Part shown: in pieces, positions 30,650 through 39,740 of the stretch
Layout of the letters: each line of letters begins with the position of its first letter
Position numbering within the stretch: the first letter of the stretch is position 1
Source: an uncultured virus (IMG/VR IMGVR_UViG_3300032291_002419)
Lineage: Duplodnaviria > Heunggongvirae > Uroviricota > Caudoviricetes
IMG/VR virus record: IMGVR_UViG_3300032291_002419
Length of the DNA: 63,890 nt
Strand: one strand, 5' to 3'
Notes under the pieces: model-generated
The model's input: only the letters and a program-made list of their open reading frames with translations
What the model was told of the DNA's origin: nothing
The model's database searches: none
Position numbers and translations under genes: made by a program

Positions 30650-31870
30650 ATGAAATTTTGGGATTCAGAACCAACTATACCAGCATTTGTATTTGAAGAT
30701 GAGAAGCGAAAGTTGATAGAAAATATGAACTACCTTATGACAATGAGTGTAGAAGAGCAAACTCTATATAAAAAATGGGTAGAATTACAAGATGCATCTA
30801 TGATTAGAGATAAATCGCAGATGGCATCTTTATATGATATGCAATGGCGACCAACTGATATTAATAATAAAGAACTAACTATTAAAGAAATTGAAGAGTT
30901 AGACCCATACGTTCAGATTGTTGAAGATGATGCCATTCAATCAACTAAATGGGGATATCTTAGAAAGATGATTCATACTATGAGTTGGACAGCAAATCCT
31001 GGCAGAAATGTAAAAATGTTTATCAAAGATAGAGTAAGCGGTAAATTATTAGGATTGGTTTCATTGGCATCGGATGTTACATCAATGGGTGTTAGAGATA
31101 ACTATATTGGTTGGACTAAAGATGATAAGTTTAAAAAAGGTAAATTAAATCACACAACAATTGCATCATCAATAGTGTGCACTCAGCCATTAGGTTACAA
31201 CTTTTTAGGAGGTAAGCTAACAGCAATGATGGCTACCGTTCCAGAAGTCAGAGAATTTTGGAAAAATAAATATGGACAAACATTAATAGCAGTCGGCACA
31301 ACATCTTTATATGGAATCCATTCACAGTATAATGGGATTCCTCATTTTAAAACATTAGGAGAATCGGCTGGTAAAATTAGTTTAAAGCCGGATGATAAAT
31401 TTTATGACCCTTGGCATCAATGGATTAAGGAAAATCGTGCCGATTGGTATCAAACTGCTATAACTAATGAAAGAATCAGAAATGGAGCTAATATGGGAAC
31501 TGGCGAAGGTGCTAGTGGGCCCGTAAGTGGTATTAAGCAAAAGATTTTGGGACAGATATTCAAAGAATGCGGTATTAAGGCAACTGAATTTCACCACGGA
31601 TTTAAGCGAGGTGTTTATTTAGCAATGATATATGAAAATGGACCTGAATTCCTACGTTCAGAAATAGAAGAAGATAAATTAGTAATAAAGCCAAAATTTT
31701 CAGAAGGACAGGAATATATTAATAAATGGTGGAAACGACATGCAATTAAAAGATATTCCAAATTACATGATGAGGGAAGATTGAAGCCGGAATGTCTTTA
31801 TTACTTAGATGGAATCGGAAAGAATTGGGAAGATTTTAAAGCTCAGAGGTTGGGCGATGTGGGTAGATAA
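30650..31870 (+). CDS. DUF4338/DruA-like protein (Mom-related GNAT fold)
   Basis: PGRNVKMFI, RDNYIGW, QPLGYNFLGGKL, TTSLYG..SQYN, LGESAG. Confidence 0.75.
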   Translation: MKFWDSEPTIPAFVFEDEKRKLIENMNYLMTMSVEEQTLYKKWVELQDASMIRDKSQMASLYDMQWRPTDINNKELTIKEIEELDPYVQIVEDDAIQSTKWGYLRKMIHTMSWTANPGRNVKMFIKDRVSGKLLGLVSLASDVTSMGVRDNYIGWTKDDKFKKGKLNHTTIASSIVCTQPLGYNFLGGKLTAMMATVPEVREFWKNKYGQTLIAVGTTSLYGIHSQYNGIPHFKTLGESAGKISLKPDDKFYDPWHQWIKENRADWYQTAITNERIRNGANMGTGEGASGPVSGIKQKILGQIFKECGIKATEFHHGFKRGVYLAMIYENGPEFLRSEIEEDKLVIKPKFSEGQEYINKWWKRHAIKRYSKLHDEGRLKPECLYYLDGIGKNWEDFKAQRLGDVGR

Positions 31871-31943
31871 TTCATATTTTTGTGTTAAAAATGTGTAAAT
31901 CGGAATCATTTAAATACGATAATAATTATAATAAATTAAATTA

Positions 31944-33056
31944 ATGAGTTTTTGGGAAACAATAGACTACAATAAAGCCAGAAAAGTATTAGTGATACCA
32001 AATGTTACTAACTCTGGTAATATTGAAAAGGATTCATTTGTGGATGTTATACATAACCACATTAAAGGATTGGAATCGGAGGGTGAGTTCTTTTGGAATA
32101 TCATATTACCACAACCTGTAAAGAAATTGAATTTGATAAATGTGAAGCAACACATTATACCATTTTCAGGTGATATGATTAAGATGAGAACCTACCCGCC
32201 GGATATGAATAGATTATTGGAAACATTGGAATATGATGTAATCTACTCACATTTACCAGATTGGCCGCAAGTTGGTAGATATAAGAATGATTTCAACACC
32301 AAAATTATTGGATATGGGCATTGGTGGGAAATGAAATCATGTAATGCAGAAGATAGAAAAAATAAATGGAGATGGATGCCAATAGAACTATTAGGAGTAT
32401 CTCAAATGGATACTTGCTTCTTAAATACACAAGACCAAAAGAATAGAGTATTGGAGGAAGCAAAATTATGGTTTAATGACTTGTTTATTCAAAAATTAAA
32501 TGATATCTTCGTAGTGTGGAATTTAGGAGTGGATAATTCTAAAATAATAGAAACCCCACAACCAAAGCAAAAAATCATTGTATTCAATCATAGAGCAGCA
32601 GCATATAAAGGATATCCTACTTTCATTAAATTGATGGAAGAGTATAGGGAAAAACGACAAGATTTTACGGTATGGGTGCCGCAATTGGATGGTAAGCCGG
32701 AACATAGTTGGATTGATAATACAAAAGTTCCTAAACACGATTATTATAAAAAACTACAATCATGTTCAGTTGGAATACAAATGCGGCAAACTAATTATGG
32801 ATGGAGTGTAGCTGCAACCGATTGTATGATGAATGGAACGCCTATGATTTATCAGGAATCAGACTGTTATAGAGAGATTGAACCACATGGCTTATTCTTT
32901 AAATATAAGAAAGATTTATTTGATATGTTGGATAATATATTAAATGATGAATTGTATAGATTGAAAATATCAAATAAATCGATAGAAAGAGCAAAAGAAT
33001 TATCATTAAATGATGGTAAGATGATTAAAATATTAAACACCAAATTGAGAGCATAA
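31944..33056 (+). CDS. GT-B glycosyltransferase (candidate DNA glycosyltransferase)
   Basis: VFNHR...YKG, WSVAATDCMMNGTP (GT4-like signature variant); between Mom/DUF4338 and polB. Confidence 0.75.
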   Translation: MSFWETIDYNKARKVLVIPNVTNSGNIEKDSFVDVIHNHIKGLESEGEFFWNIILPQPVKKLNLINVKQHIIPFSGDMIKMRTYPPDMNRLLETLEYDVIYSHLPDWPQVGRYKNDFNTKIIGYGHWWEMKSCNAEDRKNKWRWMPIELLGVSQMDTCFLNTQDQKNRVLEEAKLWFNDLFIQKLNDIFVVWNLGVDNSKIIETPQPKQKIIVFNHRAAAYKGYPTFIKLMEEYREKRQDFTVWVPQLDGKPEHSWIDNTKVPKHDYYKKLQSCSVGIQMRQTNYGWSVAATDCMMNGTPMIYQESDCYREIEPHGLFFKYKKDLFDMLDNILNDELYRLKISNKSIERAKELSLNDGKMIKILNTKLRA

Positions 33057-33057
33057 T

Positions 33058-34863
33058 ATGGCATATCAAAACATATACTATGAAAGGGCAAAGAATTTAA
33101 TTCATCTATGGGATGATACACAGGGATATTCAACTTTTCCGTATCGAAAGTATGCATATAAGCGAGACCCAAACGGACAATATCGTTCAATGTATGGAGA
33201 TAAATTAAGTAAAATTGGCAAATGGGAAAAAGATGATGAAGGAGAACTATTCGAATCAGATGTTCCAGAGACTACTAGAGTATTAGTTGATATATACGAT
33301 AACGATTTACCATCAAAAGGACACAGAGTTCTTACATTTGATATTGAGGTAGAAATGATTTCAGGACTACCAAATACCAAAGAAGCAAAGAATGAAATAA
33401 CTGCAATAGCGGCACACGATGGAGCAACTAAGCTATATGATGTATTTGTATTGGATAAAGAAAGAAAAGTAAAAAACAAAGCCAAAAATTTTAATAAGGA
33501 TGGCAGAGAGGTTACTCTTCATATATTCGATAACGAAAGAAATTTATTACAAGCATTTCTTAATTATTATGAAGAAGTAAATCCAACAATATTGACCGGC
33601 TGGAACATCGACTTTTTTGATATTCCATATTTGTATAATAGATTGAAAAATGTGTGTGGAGAAGGAAATGCAAAACGTCTATCTCCAATAGGGCAGGCAT
33701 TTTGGTCGCCATATAGAGAGAAATTTAGTTTTGGAGGTGTAGCTATTTTAGATTATATAAATTTATATAAAACATATACATATACATTAGAGGCATCCTA
33801 TACATTGAATTATATTGCTACAAAGGAATTGGGTAGAGGTAAAATTGAATATGAAGGCAGTTTAGATGATTTATTTGAAAATGATTTAGAAAAATTCATT
33901 GAATACAATATTGTCGATGTCGATTTGGTTGTATCTATGGATACGAAGTTACAATTTATAGAATTATGTAGAGCAGTATGTCACGCTGGATATGTTCCGT
34001 ATGAAGATTACATTTATTCATCAAAATGGCTAGAAGGCGCTTGTTTGGGATATCTTAAAAAGAAAGAATTAATTGCAACAAATAAGCCAAAAGATAGACG
34101 AGAGAGAATGCAAGCTCTTAAAGATAATAATGAAGAAAAGTTTATTGGAGCATATGTAAAAGAACCTATTGTTGGTAAGTATGATTGGATTTATGATTTG
34201 GACTTAACATCCCTATATCCATCAATCATTATGACCTTAAATATCAGTCCCGAAACAAAAGTTGGTAAGATTCAAAATTGGGATGCGGAAGCTAATATTA
34301 GAGGATTAGATACGACATATCAATTAGTAGGGAAAGATGGTGATACATACTCATATACGACTCAGGAGTTGAAGGAAGTTATTACTGATAGTAATTTAGG
34401 TGTGGCTGCGAATGGAGTTCTTTACACACAAGATAAGAAGGGTCTAATCGCTGATATTTTGAATGACTGGTTTGATAAACGTGTTGAGTTTAGAAAATTA
34501 GAAAAAAAATATGGTGAACTGGGTGATACGGAAAAATATGACTTTTATGCCAAACGGCAGCTTGTTCAAAAAATTCTACTCAACTCCATGTATGGGTGTC
34601 TTGGATTGCCAGCTTGGAGATTCTACGATCGTGATAACGCTGAAGCCGTTACAATTACGGGGCAAATGGTAATTAAAAAAACAGCAGATATGGCTAATAT
34701 CAAATATAATAAGGAATTGGGGGGCATCCCATATCTCGTTGAATTGGAGGATGGTAGTATCAAAGAATATCACCCAAATACCATAGTGTCAGTAAAACGT
34801 GATGGTGTAATACAGCAAATAAAAGCTAGTGAATTGAATACTAATGATGATTTAATTTTTTAA
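33058..34863 (+). CDS. polB: Family-B DNA polymerase, N-terminal fragment (exonuclease + motifs A and B) with intein-like C-terminal tail
   Basis: FDIEV, GWNIDFFDIPY, YNIVDV, DLTSLYPSII, KILLNSMYG; last ~46 aa are intein-like. Confidence 0.92.
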   Translation: MAYQNIYYERAKNLIHLWDDTQGYSTFPYRKYAYKRDPNGQYRSMYGDKLSKIGKWEKDDEGELFESDVPETTRVLVDIYDNDLPSKGHRVLTFDIEVEMISGLPNTKEAKNEITAIAAHDGATKLYDVFVLDKERKVKNKAKNFNKDGREVTLHIFDNERNLLQAFLNYYEEVNPTILTGWNIDFFDIPYLYNRLKNVCGEGNAKRLSPIGQAFWSPYREKFSFGGVAILDYINLYKTYTYTLEASYTLNYIATKELGRGKIEYEGSLDDLFENDLEKFIEYNIVDVDLVVSMDTKLQFIELCRAVCHAGYVPYEDYIYSSKWLEGACLGYLKKKELIATNKPKDRRERMQALKDNNEEKFIGAYVKEPIVGKYDWIYDLDLTSLYPSIIMTLNISPETKVGKIQNWDAEANIRGLDTTYQLVGKDGDTYSYTTQELKEVITDSNLGVAANGVLYTQDKKGLIADILNDWFDKRVEFRKLEKKYGELGDTEKYDFYAKRQLVQKILLNSMYGCLGLPAWRFYDRDNAEAVTITGQMVIKKTADMANIKYNKELGGIPYLVELEDGSIKEYHPNTIVSVKRDGVIQQIKASELNTNDDLIF

Positions 34864-34911
34864 TACATCATACATAAAATTAAAAACTTATATTTATAAT
34901 AAAACAATGTT

Positions 34912-35577
34912 ATGGAATATATACGAAACTGCCCAATATGTAATACTGAATTAAAAACTACCAACAAATATTGGAATATCAAAGCATTAAATGAAAATCG
35001 TAGTTGTAATAGATGTGCAAAAATTGGCAGAGTATTTTCAGATGAACATAGGCGTAAATTGAGAGAAAACCATGCCGATATATCTGGCAAATTAAATCCA
35101 TTTAGCGGTAAATCGCATACCAAAGAATCCATTGATAGAATGTTAGCGACTAGAAGTAATCACCCAACTTGGAAGCAGAATGCATCAAATACAATGAAAC
35201 GAATACGTAGTGAGTATTGGGGTAATGATAATCCAATGAATAATTTGGATAGTGTACATAAAATTAGAATTAAAAGAATTGATGAAATACGGCGTAATCA
35301 TAATGGACAGATATCGCCAAATTATAATGTAAAATCGATACCAATTATAGAAGAAAAAGCTAGAGAATTGGGCATAACCGATATACAGCACGCAGAAAAT
35401 GGTGGGGAATATCATATAAAGGAATTAGGGTATTGGGTAGATGGATATAGTAAGGAAAAAAATATAGTAATAGAATATTATGAAAAGTTTCATAGAACTC
35501 AAATTAAACGAGATAGTATTAGAGAAACTTCTATAAAAAATTTATTAGGATGTGAGTTTATAATAATATACGAATAA
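34912..35577 (+). mobile_element. Free-standing homing endonuclease (Zn finger + NUMOD3 + Vsr-like/PD-(D/E)XK domain) splitting polB
   Basis: CPIC..CNRC, NPFSGKSHTKES, YWVDGYSKEKNIVIEYYEKFH; ATATTTATA at 34890-34898. Confidence 0.85.
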
Positions 35578-35584
35578 ATAAAAT

Positions 35585-36532
35585 ATGAGAATAAAAAAGA
35601 TTACAAAAAAAACTGTTATATTAGATGATACTGGCAATGTAGATTATAATGTGTATATAGATACGGATTCTGTATATTTTTTAGCAGAACCATTAGTAAA
35701 ACATCGATACCCAAATTACAAAGAATTTGACCAAAATAGAATGGCTGATGAAGTGAATGGTATTGCAGATGAAACTCAAACATTCTTAAATTCATTTTAT
35801 GATTTATTAGCTGAAAGATTTTTCTTCATTCCAAAGGATAATCACCGATTGGAAATCAAAAAAGAATACATCAGTAAAGCGGGATTTTGGGTAGCTAAAA
35901 AACGATATGCACAATGGATGATTTTAAAGAATGGCATTCCATGCGATAAGTTAGATGTTAAAGGATTGGATGTAGTTCGTTCATCATTTCCAAAAGCATT
36001 TCAGGACCAGATGAGTGCTATGTTAAAAGATATATTAATGGGTAAGGATAATGAATACGTTGATACAAAGTTATTGGCATTCAAAGCTAGTATGGCTACT
36101 TTACCAGTTAATAAGATAGCTAAGGGTGGGGCAATTAAAGAATTAAGTAAATATGATAATGGCAGTTGGCGAAAAGATGATGGTAATGCCATTGCATCAT
36201 TTGAGAAAGGAACGCCAGCACACGTTAAAGCAGGGATTACCTATAACCGACTATTGAAATACTTCAATGCACCATATAAACATGAACCAATTAGAGATGG
36301 TGATAAAGTTAAATGGGTATATCTTAAAAATAATCCATTAGGTTTGGAGACTTTGGCATTCAAAGATTATAACGACCCAAAGGAGATTATGGATTTTGTG
36401 GAAAGATACATAGATAGAGATAAGCTATACATATCGGATATGGAAAATAAAGTAGATGATTTTTATAGAGCACTCAAATGGCAAAAAGCATCAGCAGATA
36501 CGCAGACTGCAAAAAAGTTTTTCGCATTTTAA
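35585..36532 (+). CDS. polB: Family-B DNA polymerase, C-terminal fragment (motif C + thumb) with basic intein-C-like leader
   Basis: YIDTDSVY, KKRYA, VKGLDVVRSS; first 19 aa MRIKKITKKTVILDDTGNV are not polymerase-like. Confidence 0.92.
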   Translation: MRIKKITKKTVILDDTGNVDYNVYIDTDSVYFLAEPLVKHRYPNYKEFDQNRMADEVNGIADETQTFLNSFYDLLAERFFFIPKDNHRLEIKKEYISKAGFWVAKKRYAQWMILKNGIPCDKLDVKGLDVVRSSFPKAFQDQMSAMLKDILMGKDNEYVDTKLLAFKASMATLPVNKIAKGGAIKELSKYDNGSWRKDDGNAIASFEKGTPAHVKAGITYNRLLKYFNAPYKHEPIRDGDKVKWVYLKNNPLGLETLAFKDYNDPKEIMDFVERYIDRDKLYISDMENKVDDFYRALKWQKASADTQTAKKFFAF

Positions 36533-36564
36533 TTTGGAATATTCAAAAATTATTCATATATTTG
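36533..36564 (+). promoter_or_regulatory. Bacteroidota-type sigma70 promoter
   Basis: TTTG-N20-TATATTTG. Confidence 0.75.
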
Positions 36565-36596
36565 TAACAATAAAAATAAAATTTAAAAATTAGATT

Positions 36597-37310
36597 ATGA
36601 ACAAAAACAATTTACAGCGATTCATTCAAAAATATTCGTTGGGTGGAGTTATTGAATCGGTAGCTTGGAACGCACAAGGAAATACGTTATCCGTTAGATT
36701 TATTTCAGATGATAAGACGATGCTAGGAGAAGTATCTTACAACTCATTTACATCAAAACCATTTAATGTTGGTATTTATACAACATCATTATTGAAAAAC
36801 TTATTAAGTATTTTAGATAGTGATTTATCATTAAATGTTGATATGGCTGGCGATAGAGCAACTGCATTGAAGTTGATATCGGAAGAAACCGAAACATCAT
36901 ATCAATTAGCCGATTTGGGGGTAATTCCAACCGTTCCGGATTTGAAAGAATTGCCAGAGTTTGGTATTAGTATAGAGATGGCATCTAATATGATTGATAA
37001 GTTCATTAAAGCGAAAGGAGCATTAAGTGATGTAGATACATTTGCAGTGTTTACCGAAGCTGGAGATTTAAAAATGGCTATCGGATATTCGACAATATCA
37101 ACCAATAGAGTAACATTCACTTGTGAAAAAGGTTACGCTGGCGAGGTTAAACCAATTTCATTTTCGGCTAAATATCTTAAAGAAATCCTAACGGCCAATA
37201 AGGAAGCAACCTCGGCTAAACTCAAAGTATCATCGGATGGATTGGCTCATGTGGAATTCATCATAGATGATTTTGTATGCAAATATTATCTCGTAGAAAT
37301 AAGTAATTAA
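36597..37310 (+). CDS. DNA sliding clamp (gp45/PCNA-like)
   Basis: 237 aa next to polB and clamp loader; PCNA-like FSAKYLKEIL and terminal YYLV. Confidence 0.75.
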   Translation: MNKNNLQRFIQKYSLGGVIESVAWNAQGNTLSVRFISDDKTMLGEVSYNSFTSKPFNVGIYTTSLLKNLLSILDSDLSLNVDMAGDRATALKLISEETETSYQLADLGVIPTVPDLKELPEFGISIEMASNMIDKFIKAKGALSDVDTFAVFTEAGDLKMAIGYSTISTNRVTFTCEKGYAGEVKPISFSAKYLKEILTANKEATSAKLKVSSDGLAHVEFIIDDFVCKYYLVEISN

Positions 37311-37326
37311 TAAATAAATATAAATA

Positions 37327-37668
37327 ATGGAAGAAGCATTAGAAACTCAGCAAAATTTAACAGAATTTGAAACGGTAGAAAGTAAAATTCTAACCGATAC
37401 AACTACATCAACCGAATCCAAAATTAATCCAGAACCGATTCCAATTGAAGATGCCGAATGGTGTTTTCAATTTTTCAATAATGAACCAACGGTATTTGCA
37501 TATTCGGTAGAGGGTGAGAAGGCAGTTCCATTGGTATTTCAAATTGAATCAGTGGAGACGCAAGGTTTAATTTTTAGCCAAAATGGAATGGAATTTAAAA
37601 TATTCCCAAGACCAATTAGTGAAGCAAGTAAATTAGACAGAGCAAACCCGAAGAAGAATGAGATTTGA
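37327..37668 (+). CDS. Hypothetical protein
   Basis: 113-aa ORF. Confidence 0.5.
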   Translation: MEEALETQQNLTEFETVESKILTDTTTSTESKINPEPIPIEDAEWCFQFFNNEPTVFAYSVEGEKAVPLVFQIESVETQGLIFSQNGMEFKIFPRPISEASKLDRANPKKNEI

Positions 37669-37957
37669 TAGTTTGATAGAAAATGTAACTCAGTGGGCAT
37701 CCGATAGAGATATCTTAAAGAAAGAAAACGCACCAAAGCAATTATTAAAGGTGTTGGAAGAAGTGGGTGAAACTGCTGGGGCACTTTTAAAATCCAACGA
37801 TGCGGAAATTAAAGATGGTATTGGTGATTCATTTGTAACACTTATCATTTTAGCAAAACAGCTGGGACTAGACCCAGCTGATTGTTTAGAAGCAGCGTGG
37901 AATGAGATTAAAGATAGGAGAGGTAAGACAATAAATGGTGTATTTGTAAAAAATTAA
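37658..37957 (+). CDS. MazG-like nucleotide pyrophosphohydrolase
   Basis: KVLEEVGE, DGIGD, AWNEIKDRRG. Confidence 0.85.
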   Translation: MRFDSLIENVTQWASDRDILKKENAPKQLLKVLEEVGETAGALLKSNDAEIKDGIGDSFVTLIILAKQLGLDPADCLEAAWNEIKDRRGKTINGVFVKN

Positions 37958-37998
37958 TATACCAAATGGTTGAAAATTATAAATATAAAAATTAAATT

Positions 37999-38946
37999 AT
38001 GAGTTTTTTCGCAAACGATATTAATAAACGAGAGCATACTTTGTGGGTGGAGAAATACCGTCCCCAGATATTAGCCGATTACGTTGGTAATGAGACCATC
38101 AAAGAAACTATCCAACAATATTTGGATAATAACGATATTCCGCATTTACTATTGTATGGAAAGGCTGGTACGGGGAAAACCACATTAGCTAAGTTAATCG
38201 TAAACACAATCAAATGTGACCATATGATTATCAATGCATCGGATGAAAACAACGTTGATACCGTTCGTAACAAAGTAAAAGGATTTGCATCATCAGTAGG
38301 TTTCTCCGGATTTAAGGTTGTAATTTTGGATGAATTTGATTATATGACTCCAAATGCGCAAGCGATTCTTCGTAACTTAATGGAAACATTTAGTAAGCAT
38401 TGTAGATTCATTTTAACGTGTAACTACATTGAGAAGATTATTGACCCGATTCAAAGTCGATGTCAATCTTTTGCAATCATACCACCAACTAAAAAAGATG
38501 TAGCTTTACAAGTTTCAAAGATTTTAGATAAAGAATCTATTAAATATGAATTAAAAAATGTGGCTGATGTAATCAACTCCCACTATCCTGATATTCGTAG
38601 AATCTTAAATACGTGCCAATTACAATCAGCAAAAGGAGAATTAAAAGTAGACCATTCAATTATGGTTGAATCAAACTTCCAACTAAAATTAATTGAACTT
38701 CTTTCATCGTCAAATGATAAACGAAATCTATTTTTAAGTATTAGGCAGGCTGTGGCTGATAATCGATTGAATGATTATTCGGAAATGTATAGTATGTTAT
38801 ACGATAAAGTGGATGAGTATGCAGCTGGAAATACTGCAAATGTAATACTAACCATTGCGGATGGATTATCGAAAGATGCTCTAGTGGTAGATAAAGAAAT
38901 TGTCTTTATGAGTACGATTATTCAAATTTTAAATATAATAAAATGA
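37999..38946 (+). CDS. Clamp loader large subunit (gp44/RFC-like AAA+)
   Basis: WVEKYRP, GKAGTGKT, NASDE, LDEFD, SRC. Confidence 0.93.
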   Translation: MSFFANDINKREHTLWVEKYRPQILADYVGNETIKETIQQYLDNNDIPHLLLYGKAGTGKTTLAKLIVNTIKCDHMIINASDENNVDTVRNKVKGFASSVGFSGFKVVILDEFDYMTPNAQAILRNLMETFSKHCRFILTCNYIEKIIDPIQSRCQSFAIIPPTKKDVALQVSKILDKESIKYELKNVADVINSHYPDIRRILNTCQLQSAKGELKVDHSIMVESNFQLKLIELLSSSNDKRNLFLSIRQAVADNRLNDYSEMYSMLYDKVDEYAAGNTANVILTIADGLSKDALVVDKEIVFMSTIIQILNIIK

Positions 38947-39176
38947 TAAACGAAACATACCAACAACCTCATATAAATATAAAAGATACACGTGATGTTT
39001 CGTGCGAATGCGGTAACTTAATTTTTATGCCAGGATATAGATTTCGAAAGGCTTCGAAGTTATTAACCGGTGGCGATAAAGATACCGTAATGCCATTTGA
39101 AATATTCTTATGTACTAATTGCGGGAAACCGTTGCAAGAGTTTTTACCAGAGGAACTACAAACTTCAAAAAATTAA
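38943..39176 (+). CDS. Small zinc-ribbon protein
   Basis: CECG...CTNCG. Confidence 0.6.
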   Translation: MINETYQQPHINIKDTRDVSCECGNLIFMPGYRFRKASKLLTGGDKDTVMPFEIFLCTNCGKPLQEFLPEELQTSKN

Positions 39177-39180
39177 ATTA

Positions 39181-39633
39181 ATGGCAGCTAAAAAATTATT
39201 CGACCATTTAACCGCTATCACAGTAGAGCAAGACCCAAATTATTTCGATAAATTAACGGAAGAAGATGTAAAAACGTGGAGCAACTTTATGATTAATAGA
39301 TTTTTATCTATGAAGCCGGAATGGGTCGAGCTAATCGCATCATTATTACCATTGACTCAAACATTACGACCAAATGAAATGTATAAATTATATATTGGAA
39401 TTTTACCAAAAGGTAAGCAATATTTAAAATACACAAAGGGAAAATCAGCCGATAAATATGAAGAGTTTTTAGTAGAATTGATTAAAAGAGAGTATTCTGT
39501 ACCAGAATCACAGGCAATCGATTATATAGATGTATTATACGCTTCGAGAGAAGGTAGAGAAAACATCAAATATATATGCGAGATGTATGGAATAGAAAAA
39601 AAACAAATTACAAAATTGAAATTAAAGATATAA
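39181..39633 (+). CDS. Clamp loader small subunit (gp62-like)
   Basis: LFDHL, FMINRFLS, LPKGKQYLKY; near gp44-like gene; ATG at 39181. Confidence 0.7.
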   Translation: MAAKKLFDHLTAITVEQDPNYFDKLTEEDVKTWSNFMINRFLSMKPEWVELIASLLPLTQTLRPNEMYKLYIGILPKGKQYLKYTKGKSADKYEEFLVELIKREYSVPESQAIDYIDVLYASREGRENIKYICEMYGIEKKQITKLKLKI

Positions 39634-39636
39634 TTA

Positions 39637-39713
39637 TTTGGATTTTTGAAATTAAATTCGTATATTTGTATTAGTATTATTTAAATAAATCCACTGCCGC
39701 ACAGCAGTGGATT
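39637..39713 (+). promoter_or_regulatory. Bacteroidota promoter followed by GC-rich 10-bp hairpin in the glycan-island leader
   Basis: TTTG-N20-TATATTTG (39637-39668); AATCCACTGC-CGCACA-GCAGTGGATT (39688-39713). Confidence 0.65.
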
Positions 39714-39740
39714 CTCAATTTTAAAAAAATAAAATAAGTT

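Noticed and set aside
30650..31870. Druantia anti-phage defence system
   Set aside because: Only a DruA-like gene is present, with no DruE helicase or other partners. The context favours DNA modification.
34863..35585. Group I intron interrupting polB
   Set aside because: Only 48 nt and 7 nt of AT-rich non-coding sequence flank the endonuclease. No ribozyme core is visible, and both halves have their own stop/start plus protein-like extensions.
34723..35645. Functional trans-splicing split intein
   Set aside because: No N-terminal Cys/Ser block A start, no block B His, and no His-Asn followed by Cys/Ser/Thr (the junction reads GNV-DY).
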